A program made the position numbers and the translations under genes. A stretch of 64,000 nt of DNA from an uncultured Thermoplasmata archaeon (GTDB lineage: Archaea > Thermoplasmatota > Thermoplasmata > Lutacidiplasmatales > UBA184), in the NCBI GenBank assembly GCA_963773945.1, contig CAVZDD010000003.1, positions 209,816-273,815 on the forward strand. Reading direction: 5' to 3'. The first letter of the stretch is position 1; each line of letters starts with the position of its first letter. Shown in pieces: positions 1-8,970 of the stretch. Under the pieces are notes generated by a model that was not told where the DNA came from, did not search any database, and saw only the letters and a list, made by a program, of their open reading frames with translations.

Positions 1-384
1 ATTGCGATCCGGCCGATGATGGTCTCGGGCATCGCGATGAGCGTGGCCGGTTCGTCTCGTCCGTGTTCCGGGAGCGAGCATCTGTTCAGCCACGCCCTCG
101 ACCGGGTCGCCCGGCAGCCCGGACTCCACGGTGAACAGGTCGGCGTCGGGGCCATCATGATGCTCTATCTCCACGGTGCCGACTGGCGGAAGATCCGCAC
201 CGCGCTCCACACCATCGGGGCGCCCACGACGGCCCGGGAGCTCGGCGTATCCCCCGAGGAGATCGTCGAGAGTCTGGTCCTGGCGCACAGCCTCCGGCCC
301 GAACGCTACACCATCCTGGGCGACAATGGCCTCACGCGGGAGGCCGCGGAGCGCCTCGCGCTCGTGACGGGAGTGATCGGCTAG
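1..384 (+). CDS. egsA: Glycerol-1-phosphate dehydrogenase [NAD(P)+], 3' part (5' end outside window)
   Basis: [17 protein letters not shown] and LHGEQVG Zn-binding motifs; C-terminal RPERYTILG typical of archaeal EgsA. Confidence 0.93.
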   Translation: MAIRPMMVSGIAMSVAGSSRPCSGSEHLFSHALDRVARQPGLHGEQVGVGAIMMLYLHGADWRKIRTALHTIGAPTTARELGVSPEEIVESLVLAHSLRPERYTILGDNGLTREAAERLALVTGVIG

Positions 385-386
385 CG

Positions 387-815
387 ATGGTCGAGATCAC
401 CCTTCTCGCCCACGCCCAGGCGCAGGTCGGCACCAAGTTTGTTTACATGGGGGGAGCCCCGGTCTGCCGCACCTGCCCCTATCGACACGCGTGCCTGACG
501 TTGGACCCGGGCCGCCAGTACGTCGTTTCGAAGGTCCGTCCGGTCGAACATCCGTGTGCGCTGCAGGAGACCTCGGCGAATGTGGTCGAGGTCACCGTGG
601 CCCCCCGGACATTGGTCGTCGAGTCGATGAGCGCCGTGGCCGGCAGCGCCGTCGAGACCGGCCGGTACCCGTGCAACCGCCTTGACTGCCCGAATTGGCA
701 AGTCTGTGCGGGGCCATCCCTGCCCCCGAAACAGCGCTTCAAGATCCAGAGCGTGGAGCCGGGAGCGGCGGAATGCCGCATCGGGCGCAAGCTCAAACGG
801 GTGGAAGCGGTCTAG
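387..815 (+). CDS. UPF0179 family archaeal Cys-rich protein
   Basis: ITLL...G.KFVY.G...CxxCPYRxxC, HPC and CxxxxCxxxxxC pattern; directly follows egsA. Confidence 0.8.
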   Translation: MVEITLLAHAQAQVGTKFVYMGGAPVCRTCPYRHACLTLDPGRQYVVSKVRPVEHPCALQETSANVVEVTVAPRTLVVESMSAVAGSAVETGRYPCNRLDCPNWQVCAGPSLPPKQRFKIQSVEPGAAECRIGRKLKRVEAV

Positions 816-825
816 GCGCGGGGAC

Positions 826-930
826 GGGGCTGTGGGGTAGATTCGGACGGGGGATCCTCCCCTCCGCTCTATTGGTCCATCCTTCGGGCTTTGGGAGCCC
901 GAGACCCCGATTCAAATTCGGGCAGCCCCA
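826..930 (+). tRNA. tRNA-Pro(TGG) with a 30-nt D-loop intron (~843-872)
   Basis: Acceptor GGGGCTG/CAGCCCC; anticodon arm CGGGC-TTTGGGA-GCCCG; T arm CCCGA-TTCAAAT-TCGGG; removing 30 nt restores D arm GGGTAGATTGGTCCATCC; no encoded CCA. Confidence 0.9.
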
Positions 931-1550
931 ATAACATCCCGCCCAGGCCGGGCCCACGGACGCTTGAGAGCCACCTCGAGCCGTTGCCGGACTTCCGGCC
1001 ACTCCGACCGCACCACGCTGTAGACGACAGAGTCCCGGAAAGTGCCGTCTGAGCGGATCATATGCTGACGAAGAATCCCTTCCCGCTGGGCTCCGAGACG
1101 TTCGATCGCGCGTTGGGAACGTACATTCCGGTTATCCGTCTTGATCTGGACCCGCTGGCATCCCTCGGAGTCGAATGCGTGGCCGAGCATTAGGAGCTTC
1201 GATTCGGTGTTCACGGGGGTCCGCCAGAGAGTCGACTCGATCCAGGTGCCTCCCACCTCGACGTTGGAGTTCGGGCGGTCGATGTTGAGGTAGCGTGTCA
1301 TCCCGATGGGCCGGTCATCGGGACGCAGGACCGTCGTGAAAGCCAAGTCGGTCCCGGCCGCCTGTCGGCTCTCAAGGAAATCGAAGAACCGACTCATCGC
1401 TTCCTCCTGGCCACAGTAACCGTACGGCATCCACTGCCAGATCTCGGGGTCCTGGCCCGCACGGACGAGTGCGGGGAGCTGGTCCCGGGAAAGCGGAATG
1501 AGCCGGATGTATCGTCCATCCATTTCCACGGGAGTCCGAAAATCCATCAT
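912..1550 (-). CDS. GNAT N-acetyltransferase, RimJ/RimL-like
   Basis: VEVGGTWI, WRTPVNTESKLLML, RVQIKTDNRNVRSQRAIERLGA motifs; 3' end overlaps tRNA-Pro on the opposite strand. Confidence 0.9.
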   Translation of the reverse strand: MMDFRTPVEMDGRYIRLIPLSRDQLPALVRAGQDPEIWQWMPYGYCGQEEAMSRFFDFLESRQAAGTDLAFTTVLRPDDRPIGMTRYLNIDRPNSNVEVGGTWIESTLWRTPVNTESKLLMLGHAFDSEGCQRVQIKTDNRNVRSQRAIERLGAQREGILRQHMIRSDGTFRDSVVYSVVRSEWPEVRQRLEVALKRPWARPGRDVIGAARI

Positions 1551-1643
1551 TCGCCCTGGCCGGGTGTTACGGGCTTATTTCGTTTCAGTGACCACGAAGC
1601 CTCATCTGCCCCTGTCCCTCGCGGGCGTCGGAAGTACCCCAAC

Positions 1644-2495
1644 ATGCCCGAAGAGTCCGCGGCGGTCATGGTCGGTGAACCTCCGACCAAGCCGCACCCC
1701 AGTTCCAAGCGGTTTGGGGGCCTCCACGCCACCGAGCTCTTCTGCGAGACCTGTGGTCGGCCAACCCAGCATAGGGTCCTTCACATCACCCGCGAAAGAC
1801 GCATCCCTGCCGGCCAGTTGATCGAGGGGACTGCCCGTTGCTCGCAGTGTCGCTGGACGCACCTCTTTCAAATGGAGTTGCCCGATGAATTGGTGATTCC
1901 GGCGGTTATCTCGGCGGGGGCTCAGTCGACCCCAATGGATGTGCGCGTCTCCGCGACGCAACGCCTCTTGGTAGGCTCGCGGGTGCCGGATCAGGGTCAA
2001 CCGCTGCGAATCGTCCGGATGGACCTGCGAAACGGCCGTCGCACCACGGATGCGGTGGCCCGCGACGTGGCCACGCTGTGGGTGACGCCCGATGGGCCGA
2101 AGCCGATTCCCGTCTCCCTCGTGCTCGGGTCTCGGACCGCCGTCACGCGGGCGGACGTCCCGCCCGAGCAGTTCATCGAAGTCGGCGAACCTCTGGAAGT
2201 GGCTGGAGGCAAGCTTCGGGTGGTAGGGCTCCGAGCCCGAAACCGCACGTGGACCCACGTGGGCGACCGCTTCCCGGCCCGGGAAGTGGTCCGAATCTAC
2301 ACCCGACGGATCGAAACTCCGCCCGCCGGCAGCAACCGCTGGACCAGATCCCGGGAGATTCCCAGCTCGCGGACCATCTCCACTTCGCGGTCCGACCGCT
2401 CCCGGTCCTCGCCGGGCGTGAGGATAAGACGGAGCCGACCCCGGGCCCGTAGCGCGTCGGGCGGCGCGGCGGACCACAGAGACTCTCCCTCGTAA
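1644..2495 (+). CDS. HVO_0476-like archaeal zinc-finger protein
   Basis: CETC...HRVL...CSQCRWTH Zn ribbon followed by two repeated beta-rich units; C-terminal tail overlaps the convergent rqcH gene. Confidence 0.75.
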   Translation: MPEESAAVMVGEPPTKPHPSSKRFGGLHATELFCETCGRPTQHRVLHITRERRIPAGQLIEGTARCSQCRWTHLFQMELPDELVIPAVISAGAQSTPMDVRVSATQRLLVGSRVPDQGQPLRIVRMDLRNGRRTTDAVARDVATLWVTPDGPKPIPVSLVLGSRTAVTRADVPPEQFIEVGEPLEVAGGKLRVVGLRARNRTWTHVGDRFPAREVVRIYTRRIETPPAGSNRWTRSREIPSSRTISTSRSDRSRSSPGVRIRRSRPRARSASGGAADHRDSPS

Positions 2496-4190
2496 TCGAC
2501 CTGTCCCAGCCCGAGTTCCAACGGGCAGTCCTTGAGCCAGTTCTTCGTGCCGTGGATGACCCACGCACCTCGCGCGACGAACTCCCCGCTCCCAGGACTC
2601 TTGGAGACCTGGTCGGGCTTGACCCAGAACGCGTCGGCCGAGGCATGGCCGGCTCTCCAGGCTTTGGAATAGGAGACGGCCCACTGGCCGGCTTCGGAAA
2701 GGGAGGCCGGGCCGGGGTCGGGGGAGCCCGCGGGGGAATGCTTCACAATCACGCTCGCGGCGCCGTGAACGTCGGCGTGGATGTAAAGGTCGTTGACCCC
2801 CAGGTACCGGCGAACGATCAGATCGTTGGTAGCGGCGTCCCGCCCACCAATGACCAGCACGCCCTCGGAGGTCAGGAACCAGTGGAACTTCTCGAACCAA
2901 TGGATCTTCCGGCGAACGCCGGAAAGGCCCGCGCTGAGACGACGCGGCGCCTTCCGTGCTCGTCACGCCGGATTTGAGCTTCACTTCGGTCGTCGCCAGC
3001 GCGGCCTCCGCGCCCGCGATCTTCGACTGAACCCGCTTGAGTTCCGTGTAGATCTCCTGGGCCGACTCCCTCGGAGGGCGGTCGCGCCGGAGCGGAACGA
3101 CGACTCCGCCGAGCTCCACATCGATCGTGTCGTCATGCTCACCAGAGGCCTTGCCCTCCAACGCCTGCTCTGCGGCGGCGTAGTTGGCGAAGATGGCGTC
3201 GGCCAGGGTCCGCAATCGGTCGGCTTCCTGGTTCAGGCTGGCAATGGCGGTCACTTGGCGGGCCGCCTGGCGCCGGAATTCGGCGAGGGGGTCGGTCTTC
3301 GGCGCAACCACAGGCGGCGCGATACTGGAGAAATAGACGACCGCGGCATCCGAAAAGCGGTCGAACCGCTCTTCCCGTATGCCTGGCTCTTCGCTCCAGC
3401 GACGGGAAGGGAACGGCTCGACGTCGACGACGACGTCGTCTCGTCGGTAGAGGTAGCCTCGCGGTGACTCTCCGATCTCCGCGACCAACTCCCCAATCGC
3501 CAGATGCAAGGGACCGGCGACCCGGGGTACGTCCTGCGGGGCGGGCTCGGCGGCCGGGACGTCCGCCCGTCGTAGCACCTCCTCCGCGACCGGCCCGCCG
3601 AATCCCAACTGGGCCGCGAGCGTTCGTACACGGTCGGTACGAGAGCGAGTAAGCGCGGCCTCGAGTTCTGCGATGCCCATCATCCATGGATTGGCGTGCT
3701 GGGGAGGGGGGAGATAGTCCGCGCCGGGCCGCACGGCCCGATGGGCCCATGTCTGCGCGTGGGCGACCGCGAGGATGCGGTCCTCCCGAACGAGGAGGAG
3801 ATTCCCCTTTCCAAAGAACTCAATGATCAACCGGAGATGTCCCGAATCCCCCCGACCGGCTTCGAGTTCCAGAAGTCGTTCCCCCCGGGGCTCCGCCACG
3901 CCGGTGAGGGCGGTGCCGGACAGGCGGCGCCGGAGCTCCTTGGTCAGTCGGCCCAGTTCCTCCGCGTGGGGCCCTGTCTCCCTGCGCAGCGCGGCGTAAC
4001 GGCCCGAAGCGAGGAGCAGCGCCCACTTTCCCTTCCCGGCGCCCCGAAGCGTCATCTCCCAGGTGTCCGGCGCGACGTCGAACACCTTATCGATGAAGAG
4101 ATGGCCCGCCGACCGGATCTCTCGTACGAGGGCGAGCGTGTCGAGGGACGTGAACCGGTCCTTGGCCGGTGCAGCCTCGGCGGGGGACAT
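2297..4190 (-). CDS. rqcH: Rqc2/RqcH (NFACT/NEMF family) ribosome quality control protein, frameshifted near 2955
   Basis: N-terminal TSLDTLALVRE...IDKVF, LIIEFFGKGNLLLV and coiled coil in one frame; HWFEKFHWFLTSEG, IGGRDAATND, YIHADVHGA, SKAW NFACT-R domain in the next frame. Confidence 0.88.
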
Positions 4191-4243
4191 GTCCTTCTCG
4201 AGTCGGGCTAACGGCTTAAGGCTTCGGCGCGGTCCCGCGTTTC

Positions 4244-5365
4244 ATGGCCCCGACGACGTCCCGACTCGGTTCGGATTGGGTCGGTGTCGCCGAACGACTC
4301 GCGACCGAGGTGGTCGCTTCCCATGCCGAAGAAATGGACCGAACCGATCGACTTCCGGATGCGGTGCGTGGCGGGTTAGCTTCGAGCGGGTTGATGGGCC
4401 TCACCACACCGCCGAAATACGGCGGCGCGGGGGCCGATACTCGTACCGTTGCCCGAGCACTCGAGATACTGGCTTCTGCCAGCGGCGCGGTCGGTACCCT
4501 CCTCTCTGTTCATCTTTCGGTCGCGGTGGGCCCAATCGTCGAGTACGGGACCGAGGAACAACATCGGGCCCTCCTTCCGAACCTGGCCTCGGGGAAGTGG
4601 CTGGGCGCCTTCGCGTTGAGCGAGCCGTCCGTGGGTTCCGACGCCGCCCACCTTAGTAGCCGCTATTGGCCGACGGACGACGGATTTCGACTCCGAGGCA
4701 ACAAGATGTTCACCACAAGCGCTGACAGCGCCGACGTCATCGTGCTCTTTGCCAGCCGCGACCCCACGCAAGGAGCTCACGGCATCTCGGCGTTCGCGGT
4801 CCGGAAAGGTACCCCCGGAATCTCGGTCGGACAACGCCTAGACAAGCTCGGGATCCGGGGGAGCGAGACCGTCGAGCTCGTCCTCGACGATGCCCTACTC
4901 CCTCGCGCTGCCCTCCTGGGTCGAGAGGGGGAAGGGTTTCCGGTGGCGATGCATGCGCTGGCCGGCGGGCGCATCGGGATTGCCGCGTGCGCCCTGGGGG
5001 TGGCCCGGGCGGGGTTCGATGCGATGCGGGCTGCCGCTAAGCGGGATCCCGCCGACTGGAAGCGAGCCCAGGTGGCCCGGTCCTATAGCGAATTGGAGGC
5101 CGCCGCCGCGCTGGTTCATCGGGCCGCAGAGGTTCGGGACCAGGGCGCGCCCTTCATCGACGCGGCCTCCGCCGCCAAGCTGTTCGCCTCGCAGACCGCC
5201 GTTCGGATCGCTTATGCCGGAGTCGACGTGGCAGGCCCTGCCGGTACGAGGAGGGGAGCCGTCGCGGAACGATTACTCCGGGATGCGCGCGTGTTTCCCA
5301 TCGTGGAAGGGACCACGGAAATCCAGGAACTTATCCTCGGCCGGAACCTCATCGACCGCCCGTAG
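4244..5365 (+). CDS. Acyl-CoA dehydrogenase family protein
   Basis: GAFALSEPSVGSD, LRGNKMFTT, DKLGIRGS, RDARVFPIVEGTTEIQ. Confidence 0.92.
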   Translation: MAPTTSRLGSDWVGVAERLATEVVASHAEEMDRTDRLPDAVRGGLASSGLMGLTTPPKYGGAGADTRTVARALEILASASGAVGTLLSVHLSVAVGPIVEYGTEEQHRALLPNLASGKWLGAFALSEPSVGSDAAHLSSRYWPTDDGFRLRGNKMFTTSADSADVIVLFASRDPTQGAHGISAFAVRKGTPGISVGQRLDKLGIRGSETVELVLDDALLPRAALLGREGEGFPVAMHALAGGRIGIAACALGVARAGFDAMRAAAKRDPADWKRAQVARSYSELEAAAALVHRAAEVRDQGAPFIDAASAAKLFASQTAVRIAYAGVDVAGPAGTRRGAVAERLLRDARVFPIVEGTTEIQELILGRNLIDRP

Positions 5366-5401
5366 CCCAAACCATTTCAACCGTCGGCGGGTCGAGGCCC
5401 T

Positions 5402-7723
5402 GTGACTCCCCGGAAGCCCATCCTTCCTCCACCGGATCGGTCGTGGGCGTCCACCGACCGCGTGCCCTTCGACGGGCTTCCGCTGGATCCGGAGGTCATT
5501 CCACTTTTGCAGGCGCAGGGTATTGACGCCCTCTACCCCCCTCAAGCGGCCGCGATCGAGCCGATATCGAAAGGGCGGAGCATCCTCCTCGCCTGCCCTA
5601 CGGCGAGCGGAAAGTCGCTCGTCGCGTACCTGGCGCTACTCCGAGCGTTCCGTCAGGGGTTGGCCGGGCTCTACCTGGTTCCCCTTCGGGCGCTCGCGGC
5701 CGAAAAATACGAGGAGTTGGAGGCGTTCGAGTCGCTCGGTCTTCGCGTCGGTCTCTCGATGGGGGACTTCGACATTCCCGCCGAGCGGCTGGCCAAGCTG
5801 GACGTCCTGGTCGCCACGAGCGAGAAGGCCGATGGACTGCTCCGGCACGGCAGTCCTTGGCTTCGACGGCTCGGAGTGGTCGTCGCCGACGAGGTCCACC
5901 TCCTCCGGGACCCAGATCGTGGGCCGACCCTCGAGGTCACCCTCACGCGACTGCGTCGGATGAACCCCGACATTCAGGTGGTCGCCTTGTCGGCGACGGT
6001 CGGGAACTCGCGGGAACTCGCCGAGTGGCTGTCCGCGGATCACATCGCGAGCGAATTCCGACCGGTCCCGCTCAAGTGGGGAGTCTTCCGGGACGGCCGC
6101 ATCACGTTCACCGACCTGTCAACCCGGGACCTGTCCGAAGGAGGAGAGCCCGTCGCGCGCCTCGTGCGCACGGTGGTCGAAGACGGCGGACAGGCGCTCG
6201 TGTTCGTCAACTCCCGCCGTGGCAGCGAGCAGATGGCCCAACAGCTCGGCGCGACCGTGCGGGCCACGCTCTCCGCCGAGGAACGAACCGGAGCCGCGGC
6301 CACTGCTCAGGAGCTCCTCGGGGTGTCGGAGGAGGAGACCGAGGGAATCCGACGGCTGGCCGCGATGGTGCCCTCCGGCGTCGCCTTCCACAACGCCTCC
6401 TTGACCAATCCGGAGCGACGTGTCATCGAGCGAGCGTTCCGCGAACGACGCCTCAAGGCCCTCGTCGCGACTCCGACCCTCGCGGCCGGGATCAACCTCC
6501 CGGCCCGCCGGGTCATCGTCCGGGACCTGAACCGGTATGACGACCGAATTGGAATGCAGGCCCCGATACCGGTGCTCGAAGTTCAGCAAATGTGTGGGCG
6601 CGCGGGCCGACCCCGGTTCGATACCACCGGGGAGGCGGTCCTCCTCGCCCGGGATGCCGAGGAACAAGCGCGATTGCTCGACACGTACCTGAGCGCCGCG
6701 CCGGAGCGAGTCGAATCCCGACTCGCGGCGGAACCGGCACTGCGGATGCATCTCCTGGCTTTGGTCGCCAGCGGGGAGATCGACACCGAGGAGGAGCTCG
6801 AACGGTTCTTCGCCGCCACCTTCTACGGCCACACCCTCCCGATGGAGGAGCTCAATGACCAGATCGAGCGTGTCCGCAGCTTCCTCGAGCTCCATGAGTT
6901 CCTGGAGAGCGGTCCCCGACTCCGTGCCACTCCGTTCGGCCGATTGACGAGCGAACTCTACCTGGACCCGCTCAGCGCCCTCTACCTCCGCCACGCGCTA
7001 GACAAGGCGCCCCGGGGCGTGCGGCCATTCGCGCTGCTGGCCTCGATCGCCGCGACGCCCGACCTCCCGCCGCTTTTCCTCCGTCGCGGCGAAGAGCCCG
7101 AGCTGCTCGAGCGATTCCAGGAGGAGGAGCCGGAGCTCCTCCTAAAACCGGAGGAGGAGCCCCTCTCGGTCGATCTGGAGATGTTCCTTGCGACGCTCAA
7201 GACCGCGGCGCTGCTCGAGATGTGGATCGACGAGAAGCCCATTGTCGAGATCACGCAGCGGTTCAACCTCGGCGCCGGCGACCTTCGAAGCAAGGTGGAA
7301 GACGCCGAGTGGCTGCTCTTCGGCATGGGCCGTCTCGCCGTACGTTTCCGTCGCGACCTCGCCCGCTCCATCGATGAGCTCTCGCTCCGGATCCGGTACG
7401 GCGCGCGGGGCGACTTGCTCGACCTGGTCCGGCTGAGGGGCATCGGCCGCGTCCGAGGGCGTGCGCTGTTCGCGGCGGGATTCGCCGACCGGGAAGCGCT
7501 CGCGACGGCCTCGCGGGACCGACTCGCGACGATCCTAAAGTCGCCCGCCCTGGCCGATGCGGTGCTCAAACAGGTCCATCATCCGTCATCGCGAACGGAA
7601 GTGCCGACGGTTCCCCTCGCCGCGCCCGCGGCTCCGGATCCCACTCTCCCAGCGGCGCGGCCCACAGGGGGGAAAGCTCGGGGCGGGTCGCGCCGGCTGG
7701 AAGAGTTCGAGAACGGTCCCTGA
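5402..7723 (+). CDS. hel308: Hel308/Hjm Ski2-like DNA helicase
   Basis: LYPPQ Q-motif, PTASGKS, DEVH, LSAT, TPTLAAGINLPAR, QMCGRAGRP, C-terminal HhH GIGRVRGRAL. Confidence 0.93.
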   Translation: MTPRKPILPPPDRSWASTDRVPFDGLPLDPEVIPLLQAQGIDALYPPQAAAIEPISKGRSILLACPTASGKSLVAYLALLRAFRQGLAGLYLVPLRALAAEKYEELEAFESLGLRVGLSMGDFDIPAERLAKLDVLVATSEKADGLLRHGSPWLRRLGVVVADEVHLLRDPDRGPTLEVTLTRLRRMNPDIQVVALSATVGNSRELAEWLSADHIASEFRPVPLKWGVFRDGRITFTDLSTRDLSEGGEPVARLVRTVVEDGGQALVFVNSRRGSEQMAQQLGATVRATLSAEERTGAAATAQELLGVSEEETEGIRRLAAMVPSGVAFHNASLTNPERRVIERAFRERRLKALVATPTLAAGINLPARRVIVRDLNRYDDRIGMQAPIPVLEVQQMCGRAGRPRFDTTGEAVLLARDAEEQARLLDTYLSAAPERVESRLAAEPALRMHLLALVASGEIDTEEELERFFAATFYGHTLPMEELNDQIERVRSFLELHEFLESGPRLRATPFGRLTSELYLDPLSALYLRHALDKAPRGVRPFALLASIAATPDLPPLFLRRGEEPELLERFQEEEPELLLKPEEEPLSVDLEMFLATLKTAALLEMWIDEKPIVEITQRFNLGAGDLRSKVEDAEWLLFGMGRLAVRFRRDLARSIDELSLRIRYGARGDLLDLVRLRGIGRVRGRALFAAGFADREALATASRDRLATILKSPALADAVLKQVHHPSSRTEVPTVPLAAPAAPDPTLPAARPTGGKARGGSRRLEEFENGP

Positions 7724-8807
7724 CGTTCGACCACTCGCCCAGCGGTCGCACGACCGCCACCGTGGACAAGCTCCCGCCGGAACCTCCGGTCCGCACGTTC
7801 CGTCGGACGAATCCGGCCCGCTCGAGCCGGATGATTCGACGCCAGAACGTCGTCGCCGGCATCGGGGACTCTCCGCTCGTTCGCGCGAGGTCGATCGCCC
7901 GGTGACGCAGCTCTCCGATCCTAATCGGGACCCCCTCTTCGAGTTGACCCAAGGCGGAGAGTAACGGCGGCTCGATCGAGATTTCAGGTCCCACCCCGGC
8001 ACTCGAGTAGACCGGGCCCAATTCCGAAACATCGGGGCCCACCAGCTCGCGACGGAGGACCTCGACCGCCCGGGTGGCCGACCCGTTGTCGCGGAGGGCG
8101 CGGCGCACGACTCGCTCGACCCACTCCGCGGGAACGGGCCGACCCAGCGACCGTTCGGCGCGATCTCGGACGATGGGCGTCAGCTCGGACTCCGTGTACG
8201 GCAACAACCGCAGGGTGTGGGTTCCCAAGACGCGGGCCAGCTTCGACTTTCCCAGCGCGCGGAGCGCTTCCGGGGATCCGGACAAGAGGACCGCGATCGG
8301 AGGAACGCCTTCGCCGCCCTCCGGAAGAAACCCGTCGGGGTCGACGAGCCCGGAGACCAAACGGGAAAGCTCCGGGGCCCCCGGGCCGACGGCGTCGAAC
8401 ACGACCACCGCCGGACGTTTTGCGCTACGGAGGCGCCGCAGAAATCCTGCCAGCAGCTCGGAAACGGGGAAGCCCCGGAGTTCGTATTCCGGGTCCAGGG
8501 CTCGCAACAGCGCTCCCGCGGCCCCCTGGGCCCCGTGGACTTCAGGAAGACGAATCAGTGCCTGGACGATGTTTCCGGACCCGCCTTCGGCCGGCTGGCC
8601 CTCCGCCCAAGTTCGTGCGGCCAGCCGGGCCAGCGTAGACGTTCCGCTCCCCCGCGGGCCGAGTACGATCGCCGCTCCGGCCAAGGAACGGACGGCGCAG
8701 GGCTCGGCGAGCCAACGGACCAACGAGGCGAGGGGCCCTCGGCGACCGAGGGGAACGGGTGGGAGCCAGTCGGGCGCCAATACTTCGGGATGCACCGCGC
8801 GGAACAT
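7566..8807 (-). CDS. Divergent Cdc6/Orc1-like AAA+ protein with degenerate Walker motifs
   Basis: VLAPDWLP..PLGR start, GPRGSGTST, VVVFDAV, LLPYTESELTPIVRDRA, C-terminal wHTH TTFWRRIIRLERAGFV...TGG. Confidence 0.75.
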   Translation of the reverse strand: MFRAVHPEVLAPDWLPPVPLGRRGPLASLVRWLAEPCAVRSLAGAAIVLGPRGSGTSTLARLAARTWAEGQPAEGGSGNIVQALIRLPEVHGAQGAAGALLRALDPEYELRGFPVSELLAGFLRRLRSAKRPAVVVFDAVGPGAPELSRLVSGLVDPDGFLPEGGEGVPPIAVLLSGSPEALRALGKSKLARVLGTHTLRLLPYTESELTPIVRDRAERSLGRPVPAEWVERVVRRALRDNGSATRAVEVLRRELVGPDVSELGPVYSSAGVGPEISIEPPLLSALGQLEEGVPIRIGELRHRAIDLARTSGESPMPATTFWRRIIRLERAGFVRRNVRTGGSGGSLSTVAVVRPLGEWSNVRDRSRTLPAGATRPELSPLWAAPLGEWDPEPRARRGEPSALPFAMTDDGPV

Positions 8808-8970
8808 CGAATGGGGATTTACTTACTCCTATAAGAAATCTCATATGACCAGTTTCCACCCCCGAAAGTCGGCCCGGAGGCTGCCCCCAGCACTCCGTTG
8901 GGCCGGTTTCTTCGCCGGCGTCGCGTAAGGTCTTTAGGGACGCCGGACTCGTCGGCCCCGAGGGCTTACC

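Noticed and set aside
1602-4190. 862-aa ORF as a single giant protein
   Set aside because: After ~2955 it is out-of-frame read-through; the real RqcH C-terminus is in the 2297-2860 frame
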